From: Candidatus Saccharimonadota bacterium
GTDB lineage: Bacteria > Patescibacteriota > Saccharimonadia > Saccharimonadales > Saccharimonadaceae
Direction of reading: 5' to 3'
DNA length: 32,000 nucleotides
Assembly (NCBI GenBank): GCA_000503915.1
Contig: CP006915.1
Span: forward strand, 450,001-482,000
The notes beneath the pieces were generated by a model. It searched no databases. It saw nothing but the letters and a program-made list of their open reading frames with translations, and was not told the origin of the DNA. The translations under genes were made by a program, and so were the position numbers. Positions 7,214 to 15,085 of this stretch are shown piece after piece. Position 1 is the stretch's first letter. Each line of letters begins with the position of its first letter.

Positions 7214-7603
7214 ATGAAGAAACGGTATGTGCGTCAGGGTGGATCGGCACTAGTATATGCACTGGTAGCCGCTGTGTTGGTAGTGGTACTTGCGGGCGGC
7301 CTCTATGCGGTGCGTCAGTACGATATTGGCTCGGAGATAGCGAAAAACGATAGTCCACCTACTTCCAAGGAGAAGCAGCCTGCGACAGATCAGCCTTCGG
7401 ACGACAAAGAGGGCGGCCAGGCTCCCGTAGCGTCATCTGACAGGGGTCAGGAGCAGCAACAGACGGATACTTCGCCGCAAATGTTACCGGTGACCGGCCC
7501 GGCACTTGATATGGGGCAGCTGTTGGCGATTATGGCGCTTGCCTTTGGGCTGACATCGTATATTACGAGCCGCCGTGCGCGCTGGACTTCTCGAGAAAAG
7601 TAG
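7214..7603 (+). CDS. Small LPxTG cell-wall-anchored protein (129 aa)
   Basis: N-terminal hydrophobic signal/anchor (ALVYALVAAVLVVVLAGGLYA), a low-complexity acidic/Q-rich linker, then LPVTG, a hydrophobic stretch and an RRARW basic tail. This is the canonical sortase sorting signal. SD is ggag. Confidence 0.75.
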   Translation: MKKRYVRQGGSALVYALVAAVLVVVLAGGLYAVRQYDIGSEIAKNDSPPTSKEKQPATDQPSDDKEGGQAPVASSDRGQEQQQTDTSPQMLPVTGPALDMGQLLAIMALAFGLTSYITSRRARWTSREK

Positions 7604-7628
7604 CGTATAGTAAAAACCAGCTAGGAAG

Positions 7629-7661
7629 GTGACAACCGCACTCTTCGAGTGTCACTTTCTT
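7629..7661 (+). terminator. Possible terminator after the LPxTG gene
   Basis: gtgaca (7629-7634) / tgtcac (7650-7655) with an inner ctc/gag helix, followed by tttcttt. Confidence 0.45.
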
Positions 7662-7693
7662 TAATAGTAGTAAGGAAGGAGTCTTTTAGACAT

Positions 7694-8764
7694 ATGGCTA
7701 AAACCGCTATAACAATGGACGACCTGCTCAGCATGGAAAGCAGTGTCAAGCAACTTGTTGCCGGAGAGACAATCGTCGGCACGATCTTAAGCGTTAAGAA
7801 ACATGAGGTACTTGTTGACCTCGGTCCTCAGGGTGTTGGCTTGGTGCCACGCCGCGAAGTGGGCTTCTCGCGCAACTTAAACGAAGGCGATGAGGTTACC
7901 GCCAGTATCGTCGATGCCGAGCTGGAAAACGGCTATTCGTTACTCAGCCTGCGCAAGGCAGCAAAAGAGCGCGGCTGGGAAGAGGTTGTCGCCAAGCAAG
8001 AAGCAGGTGAGATTATCGCTATTTCCCCCTACGATGCTAACCGTGGCGGTCTGCTCGTAGAGTTTGAAGGTGTACGTGGCTTCTTGCCCGTTTCACAGCT
8101 TTCGGCCGAGCACTATCCGCGTGTCGGCAGCAGTGACAAAGATGAAATTCTGCAACGCCTCAACGGGCTTGTTGGCCAGGAACTCAAGGTGCGCATCTTA
8201 GATGCTGACCGGAAAGCCAACAAGCTGATCTTCTCAGAAAAAGAGGCTATCAAGGACGGCCTGGCGGAGCGCTTTGAGAAACTAAGCGTCGGTGACAGTG
8301 TTAAGGGAGTCGTAACGGGTGTAGTTGATTTCGGTGTATTTGTAAACGTCGATGGTATCGAAGGCTTGGTTCATATCTCAGAAATTAGCTGGGAACGTGT
8401 CAACAACCCTAACGATTACGTCAAAGTTGGTCAAACAATCGAGGCGAAGATTATCTCTATCGACAAGGATCGCCTCAGCCTCAGCATGAAGCAGCTGATG
8501 AAAGATCCATGGCTTGACGAGGTAGAAAGCCTCAAGCCCGGTACGGAAGTTGAAGGCACAGTCACACGAATCACGCCATTTGGCGCCTTCGTACAGCTCA
8601 GTCCGGCGGTTGAAGCTCTGGTTCATATTTCCGAACTCGGTGGCGGGAGTGATGTTGACCCAGAAAAGGTCTTTACTCTGAACGAACGCAAGAAGTTTAT
8701 CGTCCTCGAAGTAGACAAGGACAACCGCAAGATTTCTCTCAGCCTGGCTGACAAGAAAAAATAA
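7694..8764 (+). CDS. rpsA: 30S ribosomal protein S1 (four S1 domains)
   Basis: Repeated S1 OB-fold motifs (VGTILSVKKHEVLVDLG, VKGVVTGVVDFGVFVNV, VEGTVTRITPFGAFVQL). Start moved to ATG 7694 (M16 of the track ORF), which follows aaggaaggag. Confidence 0.9.
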   Translation: MAKTAITMDDLLSMESSVKQLVAGETIVGTILSVKKHEVLVDLGPQGVGLVPRREVGFSRNLNEGDEVTASIVDAELENGYSLLSLRKAAKERGWEEVVAKQEAGEIIAISPYDANRGGLLVEFEGVRGFLPVSQLSAEHYPRVGSSDKDEILQRLNGLVGQELKVRILDADRKANKLIFSEKEAIKDGLAERFEKLSVGDSVKGVVTGVVDFGVFVNVDGIEGLVHISEISWERVNNPNDYVKVGQTIEAKIISIDKDRLSLSMKQLMKDPWLDEVESLKPGTEVEGTVTRITPFGAFVQLSPAVEALVHISELGGGSDVDPEKVFTLNERKKFIVLEVDKDNRKISLSLADKKK

Positions 8765-8799
8765 TACTCGCCCATGAAACGGCAGAAGGGAGCGCATAC

Positions 8800-10569
8800 A
8801 TGGCTGAAAAAATCGTACACATTGCCGACGCGATTACTGTTGGCGAACTTGCCGAAACGCTCAATCTGCCGGTTACAAACTTAGTCGGCGAACTGTTTAA
8901 AAACGGTATCATGGCGACGATTAATCAGAAGATTGATTTTGAGACCGCTTCGATTATTGTTGGCGAACTCGGCCTCGATGTGGAGCTGGAACGGCGTGAA
9001 TCGACACTTAGCTCGACTCGCCAAGATCATATCCTGAGCGACGCGGCAGTTGAACGGCCACCGATTGTGGCCGTGATGGGTCATGTTGACCATGGCAAAA
9101 CGAGTCTACTTGACGCGGTTCTTGATACCAAGACTGCAGCAGGTGAGGCTGGCGGTATTACTCAGCACATCAGTGCCTATCAGGTAGTACGCGATGGTCG
9201 TAAGATCACGCTGCTCGACACACCTGGGCACGAAGCCTTCGCGGCGCTTCGGCAGCACGGCGCAACACTCACTGATGTGGTGATTATTGTTGTGGCGGCT
9301 GATGACGGTGTTAAGCCGCAAACGATCGAAGCCATCCGTTTCGCACGCGAAGCCAATGCCAAGATTGTCGTTGCTATCAATAAAATGGACAAAGAAACCG
9401 CTAACCCGCAGCTCGTCAAAACGCAGCTGGCGAGCGAGCATCACCTTAACCCCGAGGAATGGGGTGGCGATACGATCATGGTTGAAGTGAGTGCCAAGAC
9501 CGGCGCCGGTATCGATAAACTGCTCGAAAGCGTCCTCCTGATCGCCGACCTCGAAGAACTAAAAGCCGATGAAGACGTACCGGCTGAAGGACTCGTGATC
9601 GAAGCGCACACCGAATCAGGCCGTGGCTCGGTAGTTGGCCTTCTGGTTGAACATGGCAAGCTACATCCTGGTCAGTACTTGGTAGCGGGAACTTCTTATG
9701 GTAAGATCCGTACGCTGCTTGACTTTAAGGGTGCATCCCTCAAAGAAGCCGGCCCTTCTACACCGGTAACAGTGACTGGCTTTAAGGATTTGCCACAGTT
9801 TGGTGACCAGTTCCGTCTGGTGAAAACTGAAAAAGAGGCGCGTCAGGCCACAGTTGCAAACCGCCTAGAACGTGAGCGTGAAGCGGCCAGTACCAATGTT
9901 ACTAGCGCTGACCTTCTCAAAATGATGAACCAGAAACACGAAGCGTCGGAATTTAACGTCATCGTGAAAGCCGACGTGCAGGGTTCGCTGACTAGTGTTG
10001 TGGATAGCCTGCGGCTAATCGAGACCCAAGGTCAGGTGGATCTTCATATCGTTGGCAGCGGTGTTGGAAACATCTCGGAAAACGATGTCCATCTTGCGGC
10101 CGATGAAAACACAGTTATTTACGGCTTTAATGTGGATCTCCCCCCGGCCGTGAAACGCCAAGCAGCGCGCGACAAAGTACAAGTACGTCTCTATAAAGTA
10201 ATTTACGAACTACTCGACGATGCGAAACGCAGCATGGAAGAACTGCTGGCGCCAAAAGTCGTTGAGACCGAAATTGGTAAACTGACGATTAAGGGCGTGT
10301 TCCGTACGCTGAAAGATGAAGTAATCTGCGGTGGGGAAGTTACTAGCGGCAAGATCACTCCAGGTCTGCGCGTGCGCGTCAAACGCGGCGATGAGCAGCT
10401 TGCCGAAGTGAAAGTGGAGAAAGTCCAGCGCCAGCAATCAGAAGTAAAGGAAGTCTTCGAGGGTGAAATGTGTGGCCTTAGTCTTAAAACGGAGAAAAAA
10501 CTCCAACTTGAAGAGGGCGATAAGCTCGAGTTCTTTACCCGCGAGACAGTGAAACGAACACTGAAATAA
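8800..10569 (+). CDS. infB: Translation initiation factor IF-2 (short form, 589 aa)
   Basis: GTPase motifs GHVDHGKTSLLD, DTPGHEAF and NKMD, and a C-terminal IF-2 domain. SD is aagggag. Confidence 0.95.
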   Translation: MAEKIVHIADAITVGELAETLNLPVTNLVGELFKNGIMATINQKIDFETASIIVGELGLDVELERRESTLSSTRQDHILSDAAVERPPIVAVMGHVDHGKTSLLDAVLDTKTAAGEAGGITQHISAYQVVRDGRKITLLDTPGHEAFAALRQHGATLTDVVIIVVAADDGVKPQTIEAIRFAREANAKIVVAINKMDKETANPQLVKTQLASEHHLNPEEWGGDTIMVEVSAKTGAGIDKLLESVLLIADLEELKADEDVPAEGLVIEAHTESGRGSVVGLLVEHGKLHPGQYLVAGTSYGKIRTLLDFKGASLKEAGPSTPVTVTGFKDLPQFGDQFRLVKTEKEARQATVANRLEREREAASTNVTSADLLKMMNQKHEASEFNVIVKADVQGSLTSVVDSLRLIETQGQVDLHIVGSGVGNISENDVHLAADENTVIYGFNVDLPPAVKRQAARDKVQVRLYKVIYELLDDAKRSMEELLAPKVVETEIGKLTIKGVFRTLKDEVICGGEVTSGKITPGLRVRVKRGDEQLAEVKVEKVQRQQSEVKEVFEGEMCGLSLKTEKKLQLEEGDKLEFFTRETVKRTLK

Positions 10570-10589
10570 GACTTTTGCGGCAAGAGCAC

Positions 10590-11186
10590 TTAAGCCGTTT
10601 TCATTGTATCAAGATGATCACGGTAAGCATTGAGGGCTAGCCGAGCGGCTGTCCTACGAATACGCAAGCGGCGTTTCTGTTCTGATTTACGCTCTTTTGA
10701 TGGAGGTATTATTTTGAGCTTCTCGGTTGTTATGGCGTTCCTTTTAATCCTATTAGCGGCTCGATTAGCTGATCTAAGATCGAGCTTATTTGCCCGTTGA
10801 CGGAGCCAGTCCCCTCGGCTTGTTGTCCGAACCGTCTCATGTGACAGCGGATTGTCGCCATCAGTTGCATAGCGCTCTTGAAGCGACATGTCTTCATAAG
10901 ATTTGGCGGTTTCCTCAAAATTTGTTCTTCGGCTAGGGTATGTATTTCTAACTAAACTCACAGCAGTTCCCCCAAGTCTACGGTAAAGGGAAGGACGGCG
11001 CAGTTCAACCGGCTCTCCACGCTCCCAGCGAGCATCCTTTTCAGCACGGCCCGCTTTAAATGAGGCGACAAACGCATCGTAGTCAGAACCGTCTAGGTTG
11101 TATCCGTCAACTTCCTTCGAATCGGCTCCGGTAGGGCTTACAGCGTGGTCGGGGGAGGCGGGGGTGTTTGTAGAGTGTTTTTCCAT
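10590..11186 (-). CDS. Hypothetical charged protein with Arg/Lys-rich C-terminus (198 aa)
   Basis: ORF with its own near-consensus promoter (11223-11252, minus strand). No family recognised. Confidence 0.65.
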   Translation of the reverse strand: MEKHSTNTPASPDHAVSPTGADSKEVDGYNLDGSDYDAFVASFKAGRAEKDARWERGEPVELRRPSLYRRLGGTAVSLVRNTYPSRRTNFEETAKSYEDMSLQERYATDGDNPLSHETVRTTSRGDWLRQRANKLDLRSANRAANRIKRNAITTEKLKIIPPSKERKSEQKRRLRIRRTAARLALNAYRDHLDTMKTA

Positions 11187-11222
11187 AATATCTCTTGTTT
11201 GTATTTCTTAGGGGATGTGTTT

Positions 11223-11252
11223 ATTATAAGCATAAGAGTATATATTTGTCAA
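11223..11252 (-). promoter_or_regulatory. Near-consensus promoter for the 10590-11186 gene
   Basis: On the minus strand: attgacaaatatatactcttatgcttataat, i.e. TTGACA (11247-11252), 18 nt, TATAAT (11223-11228). The spacer closely resembles P1 and P2 (TTGACAAA...CTTATGC). Confidence 0.7.
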
Positions 11253-11296
11253 TAGAACAAAATATTAACAGAGGGAAAGAGCACTTGATAACCTAG

Positions 11297-11325
11297 TTGA
11301 AATATGCGTCGTTTTATGCTATACT
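11297..11325 (+). promoter_or_regulatory. Promoter for the 11356-12513 gene
   Basis: TTGAAA (11297-11302), 17 nt, TATACT (11320-11325), with TGc upstream of the -10. Confidence 0.65.
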
Positions 11326-11355
11326 ATCGCTTAGTAAAACTATTCACAGCTTAAG

Positions 11356-12513
11356 ATGAGCAAAACGGACGATATTTTCGCTATGACACAATCACATGAT
11401 AATTTTCCATCTTCAAGGCCGGATGAGACTGATGAGCCCCGGTTGATTATTACCGATAGATATGGGCGTGAAGTGACAACCGAACATGTTCATGAGGCGG
11501 AAGACGCAGACGGTGGCGCGTTAGATGCAGCTCGCTCGGCATATGTTGACGCCCTTAATGACCCGGTGATTGATGGCGCGACCATGAAGCTGGTTCGTAA
11601 GGTTCGAGGTGCTTCGGCTGAGACTGGAGATGACGCCGCTAGAAGGAGTGAATACCTGGATGTAGTTACTGACGCCGTCCGTTTACGACTGGAGGCAGAA
11701 CGTACCGAAGACCACACTACTACGAATACCCGGATTGCTGAGCTTGTCGGCGACGAATGGGAAGCACTCGGCGGTGAGTTATATGAACGAAGGGTGCGGG
11801 TAGATGCTTCTCGTCACCGCTTGCGACAGTACGGCGGCCGGGCATTATTTGCGGCTGAAGCCGGTGCGGCAGCGGTTGTTACACATTATACTCATTTTGG
11901 CTATCTCGAGCCGCTCCTCCCCGCAACGGCGATGGGGACGACGGCTGCTTTGACGCGATTCCGTCCAGACCAAGAGGCAATCGATGAAGTACACCCACCC
12001 ACGGAAAACCGCGGTCCAGTCGAGGAACAAGCGGTAAAATTGTTAAATGAACTCGGGTTAAAAGAGAATACTACCCGCGATACACTTGCGCTGGCAATGA
12101 AACGTTGGCTGAAGCGCCACAAACCTTCTTTACAAAGCGAGGGTGGTAAAGTGTATACTGCGGTAAAGGCGCGCTTCGAGGCGCTGCCTACAGACAGTAG
12201 TGAAGTTGACGCGTACCGACTTCGGTCGGCGGTAGAGCTAACATTTGCTTCACTAGAAGAAGCACAACACGCTGCCCTTACCGAAGAACGTAATAATGAG
12301 AGCCACCGTCGGTGGATAGCCGGCGGAGCGGCCTATTTCGCCATGCTGGGACTAATGTATTTTGGTGGTATTGCTACAAAAGATGAGACTCCTCCGGAGA
12401 AGAGCCCTACGTTTGTCGAGCCATCGCCAACGAACTCAGGCCCGAACGATGGCGTAACGGAAGAGCCATTACCCTCTGATGTGCCAAGTGAAGGGTATTT
12501 TGACGACAAGTAA
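11356..12513 (+). CDS. Hypothetical protein (385 aa) with one clear C-proximal transmembrane segment
   Basis: Long ORF. The hydrophobic segment WIAGGAAYFAMLGLMYFGGIA is followed by a Pro/Ser/Glu-rich tail. No SD was seen before ATG 11356, and no family is recognised. Confidence 0.6.
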   Translation: MSKTDDIFAMTQSHDNFPSSRPDETDEPRLIITDRYGREVTTEHVHEAEDADGGALDAARSAYVDALNDPVIDGATMKLVRKVRGASAETGDDAARRSEYLDVVTDAVRLRLEAERTEDHTTTNTRIAELVGDEWEALGGELYERRVRVDASRHRLRQYGGRALFAAEAGAAAVVTHYTHFGYLEPLLPATAMGTTAALTRFRPDQEAIDEVHPPTENRGPVEEQAVKLLNELGLKENTTRDTLALAMKRWLKRHKPSLQSEGGKVYTAVKARFEALPTDSSEVDAYRLRSAVELTFASLEEAQHAALTEERNNESHRRWIAGGAAYFAMLGLMYFGGIATKDETPPEKSPTFVEPSPTNSGPNDGVTEEPLPSDVPSEGYFDDK

Positions 12514-12584
12514 ACCGCCTTCGTTTAAACTAGGTACCATCTTTGCTATAATAAAGGGCAAGTAAAATAAAGGATGGACTTACA

Positions 12585-13061
12585 ATGTTTCGACTAGATG
12601 AGCAGTTCCTAAAAGATATCGGCCTCGATGGGCTGCCCGAAGAGCAGAAAAAGCCGTTTTTGCAGCATATTTATAGTGAATTAGAGCTTCGCGTCGGTAC
12701 AAAACTGTCCGATGGTCTCAGTGATGAGCAACTGGAAGAGTTTGAAAAAATTATTGATCGTGATCAGGAAAAGATTCAAAGCTGGCTAGCCGAGCATGCG
12801 CCGGCCTACCTACAGGAAGATGCCTTTAAGAAACTTCAAGAAGCCACAAAGCTACCGGCTGAAGACCCGCGCCTGGTCGCAGAATTTACTGCTACCAAGT
12901 GGCTGGAGGTCAACCGTCCGGACTATCGCCAGGTAGTCGCCCAAGTACTTGAAGAACTCAAACAAGAGATCATGACCAATCGCGATACTATTCTCGGTGG
13001 TATAAGTCAGCAACCGCCAGTATCTACGCCAGATGATGGCCAGATAACGCAAGCCTCGTAG
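12585..13061 (+). CDS. Conserved-looking hypothetical acidic helical protein (158 aa)
   Basis: ORF preceded by tgctataat (12544-12552) and SD aaggatgg. No catalytic motif recognised. Confidence 0.65.
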   Translation: MFRLDEQFLKDIGLDGLPEEQKKPFLQHIYSELELRVGTKLSDGLSDEQLEEFEKIIDRDQEKIQSWLAEHAPAYLQEDAFKKLQEATKLPAEDPRLVAEFTATKWLEVNRPDYRQVVAQVLEELKQEIMTNRDTILGGISQQPPVSTPDDGQITQAS

Positions 13062-13063
13062 CC

Positions 13064-13954
13064 TTATCGTAGGTAACCGTTGATAAAGGCTTCTGTGCTC
13101 ACCAGTTTACCGCTGGGAGCAATAAGCTCATCGATCGAAAGAATCGAGTTGTTCTTAAACACCATGTCGAGTGGTGTTTTTGCTTCACTGGCAACGTGGG
13201 CTTTTGTAACGATAACAGCTTGGCCTGCGATGACTAGTTTTGTTTTTGGGAAACCGAGGTAGGCGCGAATACGCCGCTCGGCTTCATCGGCGCTGAGCTG
13301 GTCTGGATCGAGCAGGCTATCTTGCTTGGTTAGTAGCTGGCAATAGGTCACCCCATCTTCATCTTGCGGCTTCGGAAGGAGTGAGCCGTCGAGGATAGCG
13401 GGTAAGTTAGTAAGGAGTAAGTCGGTGCCTGCCTCGGCTAATGCTGTGTAAAGGTCAAATTTGGTCTCGGCACCAGTTAATTGGATCAGGCTTTGGGCAT
13501 GGACTGGTCCAGCATCCATGGCGGTGGCGAGCTGCATGATGGAGACGCCGGCAGTTGTGTCACCACTGACAATGGTTGACTCGATCGGCGTCGGGCCACG
13601 CCAACGAGGCAGAAGCGAGGGGTGGAGATTAATAATCCCACTCGGAAAAATATCGATGACGGACTGGGGAATAATCTTGCCATAGGCCACCAATACGGCC
13701 GCTTCAGCCTCAAAACTGTGAAGCTGCTCAATGATTTCACTTGGTTTTTCTGGTAGTAGCACCGGGATATTGTGAGAAGTGGCAATTTCAGCGACCTCAA
13801 GCGGTCGGTTGGTGCGCGAGCGGCTATCCGTATGGTGCGAGACGACCGCACGAATGTCGTAACCTTGCTCGATAAGCCTACGGAGAACGGGTGCATTGGT
13901 ATGCTGGAGCCCGCTCACCAGTCGCTCGTTGCCAAAGAAAACTAATCTCGCCAT
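13064..13954 (-). CDS. fmt: Methionyl-tRNA formyltransferase
   Basis: N-terminal formyltransferase fold with INLHPSLLPRWRGPTPIE. It sits directly downstream of def with no gap. Confidence 0.92.
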   Translation of the reverse strand: MARLVFFGNERLVSGLQHTNAPVLRRLIEQGYDIRAVVSHHTDSRSRTNRPLEVAEIATSHNIPVLLPEKPSEIIEQLHSFEAEAAVLVAYGKIIPQSVIDIFPSGIINLHPSLLPRWRGPTPIESTIVSGDTTAGVSIMQLATAMDAGPVHAQSLIQLTGAETKFDLYTALAEAGTDLLLTNLPAILDGSLLPKPQDEDGVTYCQLLTKQDSLLDPDQLSADEAERRIRAYLGFPKTKLVIAGQAVIVTKAHVASEAKTPLDMVFKNNSILSIDELIAPSGKLVSTEAFINGYLR

Positions 13955-14533
13955 TTACGTTTCCCAGAGCGTATCGTTGTGCTTGATATGACTATCATAG
14001 TCGAGTGCCTCGAGCTCACCCTCAGCATTGAGTGTGAAGAATGCATCCGACTGATCTTTGATATGATCGACAAAGACGATACCGTTGGTGTGGTCGATCT
14101 CGTGCTGGATGACGCGAGCGAGGAAACCTTCTGCTTTAAAGCGGACTTCTTCGCCATCTTTGTTAAGTGCACGAATACGTACTTTGGTGTGGCGTGGCAC
14201 GCGACCGTAGATGTCGGATACGCTCAGACATCCTTCGTAGTCGGCCACTATATCACCTTCGTATTTGACGATCTCCGGGTTGATCAGGACGGTAAAGTCA
14301 CGCGCCGCTTTGTCTTCAAAATCGCTACGGACAATCACGATCCGTTCCAGTCGATCGACCTGTACTGCCGCCAGTGCGGCGCTGATCTCATGCGGCCGCG
14401 AGTCTTCCCAGTCCAGAGCCGCCGACGTCATTTCGTCGATGACTTTTTTGATATCATCAGTGATCACATGGATCCGTGCTGACTTTTGCCGTAGATGCGG
14501 ATGGGGCAGGGTGATGATGTCTTCTTTTTTCAT
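13955..14533 (-). CDS. def: Peptide deformylase
   Basis: Motifs EGCLSV and QHEIDH. Length 192 aa. Confidence 0.92.
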   Translation of the reverse strand: MKKEDIITLPHPHLRQKSARIHVITDDIKKVIDEMTSAALDWEDSRPHEISAALAAVQVDRLERIVIVRSDFEDKAARDFTVLINPEIVKYEGDIVADYEGCLSVSDIYGRVPRHTKVRIRALNKDGEEVRFKAEGFLARVIQHEIDHTNGIVFVDHIKDQSDAFFTLNAEGELEALDYDSHIKHNDTLWET

Positions 14534-14540
14534 TAGCCCT

Positions 14541-14549
14541 AGTATAACA
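14541..14549 (-). promoter_or_regulatory. Extended -10 box 7 nt upstream of the def ATG (leaderless-type promoter)
   Basis: Minus strand reads TGtTATACT-agggcta-ATG, with no SD. The -35 region would lie in the 3' end of the pilin gene. Confidence 0.55.
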
Positions 14550-14558
14550 GATTGGAAT

Positions 14559-15068
14559 CTATTGGCTGTAGTTTGTCCACGGATTCCAGGAGCTATAAAA
14601 ACCGGTCGAAGCGCTTATAGAGAAGGGTGCACCAAGCCCGCTGCATAAGCCAGAAGCTCCGGTCGCTGGCGTCCATGTAGTTGTAAACGGCTGGATTTGA
14701 GGGCTGGTATTGGTGACAATGAACGCATTTCCTGATTTACTTTTTGCCAAGTACGCATAGGCAGAACCATCCGAAGTGAAGCAGTAAAGAGCATTTCTCA
14801 TGGTCGTTGTGGTGTCGTACGCACCTCCAGAAATACGCATATTAAGTGCATTCAAATCGTTGTTGTTCATGGGATAGGTGTCGGAGTGATCGATTTTATA
14901 GAGCTCAAGCTTCTTCATCAATGTCGTTATATCTGCCTTTATAGTGGAGTCCTGCGCCCGCCCTTGAATTCCGTTGTAGGCAACTATAGTAATGGCCGCA
15001 AGGATTGCTATCACGACAATGACAATCAATAGTTCAACAATCGTAAAACCGCTTGTGGTTTTTATCAT
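14559..15068 (-). CDS. Type IV pilin-like protein (prepilin N-terminal cleavage/methylation domain)
   Basis: MIKTTSG|FTIVELLIVIVVIAILAAITIVAY: class III signal with Gly-1, Phe+1 and Glu+5. The C-terminal half has a Cys pair (LYC...GLC). Confidence 0.9.
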   Translation of the reverse strand: MIKTTSGFTIVELLIVIVVIAILAAITIVAYNGIQGRAQDSTIKADITTLMKKLELYKIDHSDTYPMNNNDLNALNMRISGGAYDTTTTMRNALYCFTSDGSAYAYLAKSKSGNAFIVTNTSPQIQPFTTTWTPATGASGLCSGLGAPFSISASTGFYSSWNPWTNYSQ

Positions 15069-15074
15069 ATGGTC

Positions 15075-15083
15075 AGTATAGCA
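15075..15083 (-). promoter_or_regulatory. Extended -10 box 6 nt upstream of the pilin ATG (leaderless-type promoter)
   Basis: Minus strand reads cTGcTATACT-gaccat-ATG, inside the 17-bp priA-pilin gap, with no SD. Confidence 0.55.
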
Positions 15084-15085
15084 GA

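Noticed and set aside
8378-10589. Antisense and alternative-frame ORFs inside rpsA and infB (for example 8378-8797, 9106-9444, 10203-10589), and similar ones inside priA, recJ, ftsA, ftsZ and ileS
   Set aside because: They lie opposite or out of frame to genes with strong family motifs, and their translations are low-complexity (Ser/Arg/Leu-rich), typical of shadow ORFs.
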